Positions 18,437 through 28,857 of a stretch of DNA of 64,000 nt are shown piece by piece (the first letter of the stretch is position 1; each line of letters starts with the position of its first letter). Location: assembly GCA_963674945.2 (NCBI GenBank), contig CAXXWQ010000004.1, positions 800,001 through 864,000 of the forward strand. Direction: 5' to 3'. Origin of the DNA: an uncultured Desulfosarcina sp. GTDB lineage: Bacteria; Desulfobacterota; Desulfobacteria; Desulfobacterales; Desulfosarcinaceae. The translations under genes and the position numbers were made by a program. Under the pieces are notes generated by a model. It worked only from the letters and a program-made list of their open reading frames with translations, was not told the origin of the DNA and ran no database searches.

Positions 18437-18848
18437 TCAATCAAATGATCCGACCGTCTGTTTTTGAAATAAAAAAAACAGACGGTCGGAAATCATGATT
18501 GATGATGAAATATCTCAATGCCAATAACCATTTGTAATATCATATACAAATTCACGGATTCCCTTATTATTCTCCTTTATTTTGTAAGCCGAAAAAAACA
18601 AATTGTCGACTGATGACTATTTTTTTCGGCACACGAGAAGGGCAATAGGGAAAAAATCGCATTTGCCAATATCCCATTCTTTGTAACCGCTGGTAATTAC
18701 ATCAGCGTCAATAATAAAGCGATTATCCTTACCCTGAACCTGTTTCTCAGGGCGTCGTCTATGGCGATGCGGGGTAAAATCGCATTAACCAATCTTTGTT
18801 ATTAATTCGGTAGCATTTCTCCGTATTAATAGATCGCTATAAGATTAC
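18436..18848. other. Hairpin-rich non-coding tract upstream of the tyrosine recombinase (candidate oriT/att/ncRNA)
   Basis: At least five stems, including CCGACCGTCTGTTTTT/AAAAACAGACGGTCGG, GCCGAAAAAAA/TTTTTTTCGGC and nested GCGATT/AATCGC. Confidence 0.5.
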
Positions 18849-18858
18849 AAAAAAGGGG

Positions 18859-19821
18859 GTGATTGATTTGAGTAACTCAACGAGAACCGATACGTTGGTA
18901 ATGCAAGCGATACGAGTGATACAAAAAAACAAATCAGGATCGGCAAAAACCAGACACAACCATATCAAAGAAGCCAGAAGATTTGTTACGACGATTCGAG
19001 AGTTGGGTTACGGTGTGAAAAGATGGAAGAATGTCACCAACATTCACGTACAGAAGGCGGTCAACAGGTGGAAAGAAGAAGGCCTTCAGACGGCAACGAT
19101 CAAGGAATATTTAGCCGGCGTAAGGACGGTTTGCAGAATGTATGGAAACGACAGAATCAATCCGAACAATGCAACATTTGGCATCGCAAATCGTGTGTTC
19201 GTGGATAATCGAGATAAATCATTGCCCCAGGAAGTATTTGAAAAAGCGGTAACAGAGTTGAAGAAAAGCGATCACAGTGATGATAAAAGAGTGGCTGCCC
19301 AATTGCAATTAGAACGTTATCTTGGTTTGAGGGTGGAGGAGTCGTCAAAATTTAATGCGCATCAGGCATTGATGACAGGTGGAAGAGTGTTCATACAGCA
19401 TGGAACCAAAGGTGGAAGAGAGCGGATAATAAACGACCTCACGGAGAAAGGGAAAGAGGCGATTGAATATGCAAAAAATATATCCGGGATGAACAATCTG
19501 ATACCAAATAACCACAGTGAAAAACAGTGGATTCAAAAATATTATCGGATAACAAGATCCAAGGGAATCTCAAAAAAAGAATGCGGCGCATCGAGTCACG
19601 GATGTCGACATGCTTATGCACAGGAACGTTACGAAGAGATCACGGGATTTAAAGCCCCATGTAAATTTGAATCAAAAACAGAATTTAGACAAAATGCGGC
19701 AACAATAGCCGGAGAAAAATGGAGGAAACTAAACCAGGATGCAAGGCAGATAATAAAGGCCGAGTTGGGTCACGGCCCGGATCGTGACGATGTTGTAAGC
19801 CAATATTTGGGAGCAACATAA
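18859..19821 (+). CDS. Tyrosine recombinase-like protein (short N-terminal domain plus integrase catalytic domain)
   Basis: Catalytic set GLRVEE (R), GTKGGRER (K), HGCRHAYA (HxxR), ELGH (H) and SQYLG (Y). Confidence 0.88.
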   Translation: MIDLSNSTRTDTLVMQAIRVIQKNKSGSAKTRHNHIKEARRFVTTIRELGYGVKRWKNVTNIHVQKAVNRWKEEGLQTATIKEYLAGVRTVCRMYGNDRINPNNATFGIANRVFVDNRDKSLPQEVFEKAVTELKKSDHSDDKRVAAQLQLERYLGLRVEESSKFNAHQALMTGGRVFIQHGTKGGRERIINDLTEKGKEAIEYAKNISGMNNLIPNNHSEKQWIQKYYRITRSKGISKKECGASSHGCRHAYAQERYEEITGFKAPCKFESKTEFRQNAATIAGEKWRKLNQDARQIIKAELGHGPDRDDVVSQYLGAT

Positions 19822-19846
19822 ATTGCATCATCATAGCTTAAAGTTG

Positions 19847-19878
19847 AAAGCCCCAGCTTCTATAGCTGGGGCTTTTTT
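19847..19878 (+). terminator. Intrinsic terminator after the recombinase
   Basis: AAAGCCCCAGCT-loop-AGCTGGGGCTTTTTT. Confidence 0.85.
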
Positions 19879-20045
19879 ATGCAGACTAGTCAGATTAAGA
19901 AAGATGAATAAATAAAAATTACAATTGATTACAGCTATCGACTGGCATGTTGGAGAAATCATCCTGGGTCCAGTTCAGTTCAGGGTACCTCTCAGATTCG
20001 TGTGTAATTTGCCAGGTCCCTCTTCAAAATAATTTAGACGCCTTT

Positions 20046-20795
20046 TTATAACCATACAGCCCAGTCGCCGTAGTCAAATGTTCCGGCGCCATGATGCAAT
20101 TTACCCTCAGCCTTCAGTTGCCGAAAAGCGTCACGCATTCGGCCCAGAATTTTAGACTGAATATTTAGTGTGTGATGTGCAGGAAACACGTATTTCACCG
20201 GTAGAGCCGATACCCGCTCTAGGGAATTAAGATACGCCTCTGGATCAGTGGATGGGAAGTAGGCAAACAGTGTGTCTTTATAAATCAAATCGCCGGTGAA
20301 AAGATACCCGCGCTCCTTTTCCCAAAAGCACATATGGCCGGGTGTATGGACTATTTGAACAAGGCGGTCTCCAATATCAATTGTTTCATTATCCTTCAGA
20401 ACCTTTGTCGGATTCCCCTGAAAGAAAATATAGTTGTTTACGTCATAACCTTTCGGCAAGTCGCAACGGTCAACGACCATGCCTTTAATTTGCTCCATTG
20501 TCAGAGGAAATTCTCCGTTAAGCCAGTTCAGTTCAGCCCCATGAGCGTAAAAGTCCGGGAGAAATCCATGACCGCCAATATGATCCCAGTGAATGTGGGT
20601 AGCGATGGCAGTAATCGGCTTGTCAGATAGCTTTTTGACTTCATCATAGATATTAGATATTCCAAGCCCGGTATCAATTAGCAAACTGCGTTCAGAGCCA
20701 TTTAAGAGATAACAATGTGTTTCTTCCCAGTGGGAGTATTCACTTATGATATAAGTTCTCTTGTCGATTTGATCAATTGTAAACCAATTATTCAT
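20046..20795 (-). CDS. Metallo-beta-lactamase-fold hydrolase
   Basis: IDTG, THIHWDHIGG (HxHxDH), HTPGH, FTGD, PAH. Confidence 0.9.
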   Translation of the reverse strand: MNNWFTIDQIDKRTYIISEYSHWEETHCYLLNGSERSLLIDTGLGISNIYDEVKKLSDKPITAIATHIHWDHIGGHGFLPDFYAHGAELNWLNGEFPLTMEQIKGMVVDRCDLPKGYDVNNYIFFQGNPTKVLKDNETIDIGDRLVQIVHTPGHMCFWEKERGYLFTGDLIYKDTLFAYFPSTDPEAYLNSLERVSALPVKYVFPAHHTLNIQSKILGRMRDAFRQLKAEGKLHHGAGTFDYGDWAVWL

Positions 20796-21278
20796 TTGAT
20801 TTTATTTTCAATGCTTTTTTCAATAAATTCTTGTCTGGCAATTTACAATTATCGTCCGCGCCGAACATTAATTCTATATAGTCAGCTTGTTTTCGTTCCT
20901 GAAATCCAAGATTCAGCCTCATTCACGATAGTCAATAAAATTGAAAGATACAAGGAAATGGCATGAATACTATAAGATGTTTAGAGCTACAGGGATTCAG
21001 TAGCTAAGCTGTTGACCGCATCCGCATCGGTTGAGTTTACATATGGAACCAAAAAGCTCTGCAATTTATCGATAGTGCCCCCGGTGAATATGCTGAGAAA
21101 GGAACACACGTCTTAGATCCTTGGATGCAATAAAAGGGACAAGGGCTCACCATTGAGGACCTTGTCCAAGAGGTTGTGAAAAAATCCGTAAACAATTTAT
21201 ATTATCGGCTGGATGCAGAAATCCCTTGACGACCTGCCTGATGTCATGGTTGACCATGACAATTAAAGGAGAAAAGGG

Positions 21279-21467
21279 GTGCTTATGGAGCAAGAATACA
21301 GAGAAATCAAGCAACAACAGTTAAGAAACAGGAAAATTTTTGCCAAATTTGGCTTAGATCAAGAGATAGCCGACAAATGTTTTGACATAAGAAAGCTTGG
21401 GCTTGGCGATGAGTTGCACCGGATCTTAAAGGAAATGATGGCGGAAAAATCGACGTCTTTGTCTTGA
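21279..21467 (+). CDS. Small hypothetical protein
   Basis: 62-aa ORF after AAGGAG; preceded by a 20-bp near-palindrome. Confidence 0.5.
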   Translation: MLMEQEYREIKQQQLRNRKIFAKFGLDQEIADKCFDIRKLGLGDELHRILKEMMAEKSTSLS

Positions 21468-21747
21468 TCTTGGCATAATCGATAGGGACACACATCAACT
21501 ATGATGGATTGCCTGACTTTTCGAAATTGAATCAGAAAAATTGTCAGATTGTAATGATAGACAGGCCGTATCTGGAAAGATGGTTTTTGGGACTACGGTA
21601 TTGTAATCATCGGCGGCGGATAAGCTTCTGGCGCTTGGGATAGATCGCCTACCTGGAACTGCATTTACAACAGCCGGTACCGGCCATGGTGAGGTTAGCG
21701 GGTAGCGCGGGGGGGTAAACTGCCTATCAAACAGCATGGAGGGAGCG

Positions 21748-24183
21748 ATGAAATCGTTAAAGACCGCAATGCTATTTTTAACCACGCTTTCTATTGTGCT
21801 CTGCAGCCAGGCGGCTGCTGGGCAAAAGAGTAAAGGCGCCAACGCCATTCCCTATCCTAAAGGGGAATGGAAAGGGGTCCAGGGAAAGACCCTGGCGGAC
21901 TCGAAACCCGATTTTATCGGACAACCAAAGGCGCCCGACGGTGCTCCCAATGTCCTGGTCATCATGCTCGATGACGGCGGCTACTCGAGTGCAACATCCT
22001 ATGGCGGCGTCATGAAGACGCCCACGTTCGACCGTCTGGGTGATGAAGGCATCCGATATACCCATATGTCCGTGGCTGCGGTATGTTCCCCCACCCGGGG
22101 CTCGCTGTTGACCGGCTACAATATTCACCAAATCGGCACCGGCATCATATCGGAGTTTGCCACCGGTTATCCGGGGTACAACTCTCAAATCGACTACACC
22201 ACCCCATCCATTGCCAAGATTTTAACTGACAACGGATATGCCACGGCAGCCTTCGGCAAATGGCACAACACCCCCATGGAAGAGGCCTCGCCTGCCGGTC
22301 CGTTCGAGAGCTGGCCCACCGGTATCTGGGGTTTCGAGTATTTCTGGGGATTTCTGGGCGGTGAAACAAACCAGTTTCATCCCTTGTTGTACGAAAACAC
22401 CACGGCCATTGAAACCCCTAAAACCAATGCTGATGGATCGGAATTCCATCTTTCCCAGGGCATGGCCGACCAAGCCATAAAATGGCTGGACAACTGGAAA
22501 GGCCTGCGGGATGTTCCATTCTTTATGTACTATACACCGGGTGCCGTGCATGCTCCCATCCAGGTACCCAAAGAGTGGCGCGACAAGTACAAAGGACAGT
22601 TTGATGACGGCTGGCATGCCTACCGGGCGAATCTGCTGGAACGCCAAAAAAAAATGGGGTTGGCGCCTGAAGACGCCCAAATCGTGGACTGGCCGGAAGT
22701 CCTGCCCAAATGGGATTCCTTCAGCAAGGAGGGGAAAGCGTATCTGGCACGGCAGATGGAGGTCAATGCCGCTTTTCTGGAACATGTGGATTATCACATC
22801 GGGCGTCTCATTGAACATCTTAAGGAAATGGGCGAGCTGGACAATACCCTGGTTATTTATATGACCGCTGACAACGGCTGTACCGCGGAAGGAACCCCCA
22901 CCGGGACATTTTCCGAGCTGTTGTTTCAGAACGGGTTCCCGCCGCTGACCATGGAGCAGCAACTGGAAAAACTCGAAGAGTTCGGAGGAATGGATGCCTG
23001 GGGCGGGCCGCACATGGCCAACCATTATTCCGTCGGATGGGCGTATGCCTCATCAACCCCGTTTCAGTGGACCAAGCAGATAGCGTCCCATTTCGGCGGA
23101 ACCATGGTCGCCACGGCCGTCCGGTATCCCAAAGCTATAAAGGCCAGAGGAGAATGGCGAAGACAATTTCAGAACGTTATTGATTTAGTTCCCACGATTC
23201 TGGAAGTTACCGGGGTTCCGGCGCCCGACTATGTAAATGGTCAGAAAAGAAAAGCCTATCCGGGCAAATCGCTTACCTATGCCTGGAACGATGCGGATGC
23301 CAAAACCAATCATCCCACCCAGTATTTTGAAATGCTGGGCTTCATGGGTCTCTATCATGATGGGTGGACCATCTCCGGGAAACCCTACCGTATCCCCTGG
23401 TCAACAGATCCCGCAGCCATGGCAAACTTCGATCCCCTGAACACCGAATGGGAGTTGTACAATATCAATGAAGATCCCATCCAGCAGGTGAATGTGGCGG
23501 ACAAGTACCCGAAAAAAGTTAAAGAACTGGATAAACTGTTCTGGGAAGAGGCGGACAAGTATGATGTCTACCCTGTCGGCGGTTCCCTGGGCCGCCTGCT
23601 GCAGCCGGCATCCAATCCGCAACGGGCCGCCAAAAGACACTGGGAGCTGACACCCAATGTATACCGGGTTCCCGAACTGGCCGGACCCGAGATCAAATCC
23701 ACCAACTATGAGGTCAATGCCTATATAACGGCTGATGATACGACCCAGGGGGTGATTTATGCGGTTGGCGAACATATCGGCGGACAGGCGCTGTTTATCA
23801 AAGACGGAAAGCTAAGATACAGCTACTCCACGCTCGGCCTTTACTGGCACGATTTTGACGGGAATGTGAAAATACCGCACGGTGATATTAAAATCACATT
23901 GAAGCATACCATGAAAGAACCCCGGTTGAACGGCCCGTCCACCGTTGAATTCTTCATCAACGACGAAAAGGTAGGCGCAATGGACATTACCGCGACGGTT
24001 TATGCGGCCTTTACCGGTCACGAAACCTTTGATATCGGCCGTGATGAAGGCCTGCCGGTGAATGAGGAATATGCAGACAAAGGTAAATTCATATTTACAC
24101 CGGGACAGTTGCACAAGGTCGTGTTCGATATCAAGAATCCCGAAGAGAAAGTGGAAGCCTCCGAGTACAGCATTATTGACTAG
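21748..24183 (+). CDS. Exported arylsulfatase (Cys-type, formylglycine-dependent)
   Basis: Signal peptide, PNVLVIMLDD, CSPTR (CxPxR), FGKWH; ATG 21748 after GGAGG. Confidence 0.93.
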   Translation: MKSLKTAMLFLTTLSIVLCSQAAAGQKSKGANAIPYPKGEWKGVQGKTLADSKPDFIGQPKAPDGAPNVLVIMLDDGGYSSATSYGGVMKTPTFDRLGDEGIRYTHMSVAAVCSPTRGSLLTGYNIHQIGTGIISEFATGYPGYNSQIDYTTPSIAKILTDNGYATAAFGKWHNTPMEEASPAGPFESWPTGIWGFEYFWGFLGGETNQFHPLLYENTTAIETPKTNADGSEFHLSQGMADQAIKWLDNWKGLRDVPFFMYYTPGAVHAPIQVPKEWRDKYKGQFDDGWHAYRANLLERQKKMGLAPEDAQIVDWPEVLPKWDSFSKEGKAYLARQMEVNAAFLEHVDYHIGRLIEHLKEMGELDNTLVIYMTADNGCTAEGTPTGTFSELLFQNGFPPLTMEQQLEKLEEFGGMDAWGGPHMANHYSVGWAYASSTPFQWTKQIASHFGGTMVATAVRYPKAIKARGEWRRQFQNVIDLVPTILEVTGVPAPDYVNGQKRKAYPGKSLTYAWNDADAKTNHPTQYFEMLGFMGLYHDGWTISGKPYRIPWSTDPAAMANFDPLNTEWELYNINEDPIQQVNVADKYPKKVKELDKLFWEEADKYDVYPVGGSLGRLLQPASNPQRAAKRHWELTPNVYRVPELAGPEIKSTNYEVNAYITADDTTQGVIYAVGEHIGGQALFIKDGKLRYSYSTLGLYWHDFDGNVKIPHGDIKITLKHTMKEPRLNGPSTVEFFINDEKVGAMDITATVYAAFTGHETFDIGRDEGLPVNEEYADKGKFIFTPGQLHKVVFDIKNPEEKVEASEYSIID

Positions 24184-24315
24184 GTTGATAATTCATCTAA
24201 AAAAAGCCGCAAGGGCTGTGGCCACGATCCGGTGGCCTCACCCTTGCGGGCCTCATCCCCGTTGCACTGGCCGGCGTATACCACCAGGCGGCGACGAATT
24301 CAAAGGAGACAGATT

Positions 24316-25125
24316 ATGAGAACGATGAATGTGGCCTTGCTGGCGATCTTCCTATCAGGGGCCTTGTTGTTGTCCTGCGCACGACAAGCCCCTGCACCAC
24401 CCGCCACCCCTGCGCAACCCGCGGTGCTTGGCGACGGCGCCGGTGCCAAGTACGATCGTGTTGAAAATGTGCACCAGGTGCGATTCATCGAAATCTTCCT
24501 TGTCGGCCGCGAGGCAAGCACGGGGAACGTAGTCGCGGCCGTCTACAACACCATGTACACCCCCCAGGGCATCCCGGCGTCGAGAGACACTGCTCCGCAA
24601 GCGCTGCTCGAGGGCCTCAACTTCGACCACATTAAGAAGGAATACGGCGTCCTCGGTGCGTCCTTGAACGGCCCGAAACTCTGCCTGCCCGGTTGGGTTG
24701 AAATCGATGTCGGGGTCGAAAGAGATTTCAACGGTCTTGCCGCCGTGTGGGTCGCCCAACTGAACATGGGCAACAACACCAGCGTCGGTGAAATCGCGCC
24801 CTACAAGCCCGTGACTATCGCCCGGCACAGTGGGTTGGGTTGGAACAAGGGCAGGACCGTGATTCTCCTTGACGATGCTGAAGGCAACACCTGGATCATG
24901 AAAGGATTCGAGTTGGGCCTCAAACCGCAACATACTTACGATGAATTTCTTGCCGCCTTGCCAAGCGTTTACCAGAAGCTCCCGGAGGGCTGGAAGGTGC
25001 GGGTCAAGACGCTGGAGGAGGATCTGATCGAAAAGCCGGAAGGCGGAGTCGCCACCATCATGTCGGACGAGTTCTTCAATGTCTATGACAAGACCGGGTC
25101 AGGCATGACCAACTACAAGCCCTAG
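24316..25125 (+). CDS. Lipoprotein of unknown function
   Basis: AAGGAG RBS; signal peptide ending LLLSC followed by a Pro/Ala-rich linker. Confidence 0.7.
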   Translation: MRTMNVALLAIFLSGALLLSCARQAPAPPATPAQPAVLGDGAGAKYDRVENVHQVRFIEIFLVGREASTGNVVAAVYNTMYTPQGIPASRDTAPQALLEGLNFDHIKKEYGVLGASLNGPKLCLPGWVEIDVGVERDFNGLAAVWVAQLNMGNNTSVGEIAPYKPVTIARHSGLGWNKGRTVILLDDAEGNTWIMKGFELGLKPQHTYDEFLAALPSVYQKLPEGWKVRVKTLEEDLIEKPEGGVATIMSDEFFNVYDKTGSGMTNYKP

Positions 25126-25232
25126 TCATCCGACATTGGGTCGACCTGACCACTCAGTCGTGGGTTGGCGCTCATCTCCTCCGTGATAGCTCTATTTCCG
25201 GACGTGCGGTCGTCGGAGGTGCGATTGACTCC

Positions 25233-26308
25233 TTGGGGTCGGAAGTGGGCAAGGCATTGGCTGCGTCAACTAAAACGCCGCATAATATCAGTCTTACACT
25301 GCGCAACTGGATGATCGGTTTCTACATTACCGAATATGAGCAGAACGGCGCCGACCGTGCTAATTATGGTGACCGATTACTTGGTCGACTTTCCGAGAGC
25401 TTGGCCTCCAAGGGAGTCAGTCGTATCGAAGAACGCGAATTGCGGCGCTATCGACAGTTTTATCAAACTTATCCGCAGATTCGGGAGACAGTGTCTCCCG
25501 AATTGTATCAACGCCTGCTCGGTCCGCTGGTGACGATTGATGAAAAAAAACGGGAGACAGTGACTCCCGAATTGTCTCTTCCGGGAAAGGATCTGATAGC
25601 AAGATTGTCCTTTAGCCATTTTGCTGAACTGCTCAAATTCGAAGATCATATTCAACGGGCTTTCTATGAAATAGAGTGCATCCAAGGAAATTGGTCAGTG
25701 CGGGAACTAAAACGCCAGGTTGGTAGCCTCTATTATGAACGTTCCGGGCTCTCTAAGAACAAAAAGAAGTTGTCTGAAATGGCGCGGCAATGCGCCCAGA
25801 CGATCAATCCCATGGTGACGGTTCGTGATCCTTATGTCTTTGAGTTTTAGGGCTCAAATCAAAGGAAGTGATGAGCGAATCCCACCTGGAAGACCAGTTG
25901 TTGGACAAGCTGCAAGAATTCCTGTTGGAACTTGGCCATGGTTTTTGCTTTGAGGCGCGTCAAAAACGCATATTGATCGGTGATGAGCACTTTTTTGTGG
26001 ACTTGGTCTTTTACCATAGAATACTCAAGTGCCATGTGTTGGCCGAGCTAAAACTGGAAAAATTCAACCATCAAAACATCGGACAGCCTAACACCTATGT
26101 GAGCTGGTATCGTGACAACATGATGGCTGACGGCGATAATCCGCCTGTGGGCATCTTGCTCTGTACCGGCAAGAACCTGACACTTGTCGAATATGCTCTG
26201 GCCGGCATGGACAACCACTTGTTTGTATCAAAATACATGTTGGAACTGCCCAAGAAAGAGCAGATGCAACAATTCATTGAACAGCAGATCAAAAAATCAG
26301 GCGTTTGA
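25233..26308 (+). pseudogene. DUF1016/YhcG PD-(D/E)xK nuclease, frameshifted and lacking a normal 5' end
   Basis: LRNWMIG, LSFSHF, WSVRELKRQ, RDPYVFEF, then a frame break at ~25845 (GAGTTTTAG); continues ELGHGFCFEARQKRI, VDLVFYHR, PPVGILLC. Confidence 0.85.
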
Positions 26309-26391
26309 CAGAATAGATATTTAATCATTGGCCAGCCGATATTGGAAAGATGCATCTACATCATATGATATGAAAAATAGTCATTTGACCG

Positions 26392-26841
26392 ATGGCTGGA
26401 AAGATTAACGGACAAAGGAGAAAAAAGTATTTGGAATCTGAATTAACTTGGACAGTATATCTGGTTAAATGTTCCGACAATTCTCTGTATTGCGGAATCA
26501 CAAATGACTTAAAAAGACGTTTACGCGCCCATGATCTCGGGAAAGGCGCAAAATATACGAGATCAAGAAATCCTGTCGAACTAGTGGAAAAAAGCGCCAG
26601 GATGACCAAAAGTGATGCCCTCAAGCTCGAAAATCACATTAAAAGTTTACCCGCAAAACTCAAACTTTCTGAGCTTAAACATTGGGAACTTTATAATGAA
26701 ATAAAAAACCGGCAGACTGGCCAAAAAAAGATGAGAGACGCTCTCCCAATTGTTGAGACACTTCAAGATGTTTGCGACAGCCTAAAAACTCTTGCGACTT
26801 CGGTAGATAAAATTGCCAGGGGTCATAATTTTAACAGTTGA
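26392..26841 (+). CDS. GIY-YIG nuclease (YhbQ/YazA-like) with C-terminal extension
   Basis: VYLVKCSDNSLYCGITNDLKRRLRAH..GKGAKYTRSR..ALKLE. Confidence 0.85.
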   Translation: MAGKINGQRRKKYLESELTWTVYLVKCSDNSLYCGITNDLKRRLRAHDLGKGAKYTRSRNPVELVEKSARMTKSDALKLENHIKSLPAKLKLSELKHWELYNEIKNRQTGQKKMRDALPIVETLQDVCDSLKTLATSVDKIARGHNFNS

Positions 26842-26941
26842 TTTTGGTAGGAACTATAGTCGGTAGATTGGATGGGAATTTAATCGGCGGTCGCAAACCG
26901 TCCGATTATGCGGGAATCTGAAGGGACACCCCAAAAGGCCG

Positions 26942-27040
26942 ATGGCATTGAAAATCCTCGTATATAACGGCCAAGGATTCTGGCTTTTTCAAAAACGGCT
27001 ATCGAAGGGGCGGTTTACCTGGTGGCCCAAGCCATGGCAC
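26942..27040 (+). pseudogene. IS66 accessory protein (OrfB) remnant
   Basis: Translates LKILVYNGQGFWLFQKRLSKGRFTWWP. Confidence 0.7.
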
Positions 27041-27619
27041 GATTCAATTCAAAGTACCACTAACATTCACGCTTAAATTGATAAGAGCAAATAGAGCAGC
27101 TTCTGTTTTTGTGGTCTATTCTGCACATAGCCTTTTCAATGAATCTATCTCGATTGATCGATCGCAGATTTTCATGTGGAATACAGAAAATAATGCTGAG
27201 TTGAAACCAGTGGCCCCGAAAAGAGCACTATTGGCAATTAGTGCTCAGCCGACATCCTAAACATACATGCAGTTTTACCTGATTTGCGATATAATCGGGC
27301 ACCCGTTAAAAGGCTCCTGTCAACAAAAAACACCCTACCATCGCAAAAAGGATACATTTTTTGCAGGGACAAATTCAATACAGCGTTCATCCTGTTTTTA
27401 CCTGCACCCGATATTTCTGAAAACTTACTGTGCAGACCTAATGAATCTGCTTACAGGCACCCATCAGGATCAAGGCCAAAGCAGACAATACCTTTGAAAA
27501 GCTGTTCCGTAGCATAGAAGCCATAACGCCTTGTAGCGGAATAACCGTATTCTCTTTTAGCTCCTGCTCCACCATCGGACCCCAGAAAAAAATCGGTGCC
27601 TTGTCAAAACCAATGGGTT

Positions 27620-27746
27620 GTTACAAGATCTAAAGCTCCTCATGAAATGGGACCCGATCTCGCATAACGTAGTAGCAGAGATGCGGGCCAATTTGTTGCC
27701 CAGCGCTTTGATTGCCAGGCTTGAATTGGCCTGGTCAACTTTCCGG
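27620..27746 (-). pseudogene. IS110-family transposase C-terminal remnant
   Basis: Minus strand reads LAIKALGNKLAR, then after a frame slip CYYVMRDRVPF. Confidence 0.6.
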
Positions 27747-28436
27747 TTATCTTTCGGGACGCGTATCTAAGGGCCTTATGTTTCCCGGCGTATTAACCTT
27801 TACTGAATTGATCTGCATAGACACTGGAACATTTTTAAGTTTTGTATATACTTGATTCTGGAGAATATTTTGGAGTAATTGGATGTCTTGGTTTTCTCGG
27901 TTAAGCCAATGAGCATAGGCCCCCGGTTTCAGAATGACCGGCATACGGTTGTGGATAGGCATTACAGATCCACTGGCTTCTCTTGTAAGAATAGTGCAAG
28001 ATCGATATGGTATTGGCTCTTTCCCCTGATTATCCCATGACTCCCATAGGCCTGCGAAAGCAAACGGATGGCCATTTGGCAATGTCAGGAACATTGGCTG
28101 TTTCTGACCCTTATCTCCCTTCCACTCGAAGAATCCATCAGCAAGGATCATGCACCTCCGCGACTTGAATGCAGTACGAAAACTTGGTTTGGTGGCCACT
28201 GTTTCAGACCTTGCGTTTATCATTCTGCTGCCTACGGTGGTATTCTTCGCCCAGAACGGAACGAATCCCCAGTGGAGTCTCTCCAAATGATTTCTCGTAT
28301 CGTGACGAACGATAGCCAGAATTTCCTGTGTGGGAGCGATATTGTAGTTGGGTGTCACCTCGACCTTGGCTAAATCTATGGGAAAGTATTTTATTAACTC
28401 TTGAAGTTGTCTGAAACCAACGAATCTTCCGCACAT
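27747..28436 (-). CDS. SRAP / SOS-response-associated protein (YedK/HMCES family)
   Basis: N-terminal MCGRF, YNIAPTQ, INARSET, DGFFEW, IHNRMPVIL. Confidence 0.95.
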   Translation of the reverse strand: MCGRFVGFRQLQELIKYFPIDLAKVEVTPNYNIAPTQEILAIVRHDTRNHLERLHWGFVPFWAKNTTVGSRMINARSETVATKPSFRTAFKSRRCMILADGFFEWKGDKGQKQPMFLTLPNGHPFAFAGLWESWDNQGKEPIPYRSCTILTREASGSVMPIHNRMPVILKPGAYAHWLNRENQDIQLLQNILQNQVYTKLKNVPVSMQINSVKVNTPGNIRPLDTRPER

Positions 28437-28482
28437 GTCAGCCTCCGTTCTGCTTGTCCCGTAATTTTCCCGTAGTAAAAGT

Positions 28483-28521
28483 AAAAGGGCACCTCTCCAC
28501 TAATAGAGAAAATGCCCTTTT
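28483..28521 (-). terminator. Terminator downstream of csp copy 1
   Basis: AAAAGGGCA...TGCCCTTTT inverted repeat. Confidence 0.65.
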
Positions 28522-28536
28522 GCTGCAGGAAATTTC

Positions 28537-28737
28537 CTAAACTACGGTAACATTTTTGGCTGAAGGGCCCTTAGGTCCTTGCTCAACGTCAAAGGTAACT
28601 CGGTCACCCTCTTTGAGGGATTTAAAGCCTGTCGCATTGATCGCTGAATGATGAACAAAGACGTCGCCACCATCTTCCTGCTCAATGAATCCGAATCCTT
28701 TCTTGTCGTTAAACCACTTCACTATCCCATTGGCCAT
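28537..28737 (-). CDS. csp: Cold-shock protein (copy 1)
   Basis: 66 aa; [15 protein letters not shown] (RNP1) and DVFVHHSAI (RNP2). Confidence 0.97.
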   Translation of the reverse strand: MANGIVKWFNDKKGFGFIEQEDGGDVFVHHSAINATGFKSLKEGDRVTFDVEQGPKGPSAKNVTVV

Positions 28738-28857
28738 GATAGCGCTTTCCTTTCTTTTTATTTTCAACGTTACAAATTGGAGGATACCATTTTGGCAAGT
28801 GAAGATGACCTTGAGTAAGGAATCTTCAATGCGTTAAAGGGCCAGAATCATAGACTT

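Noticed and set aside
19880..20040. Possible att site or element boundary after the recombinase
   Set aside because: No tRNA fragment or direct repeat matching another position was found by eye
20960..21230. Possible pseudogene with an internal stop
   Set aside because: A coding-like frame exists but I cannot assign any family
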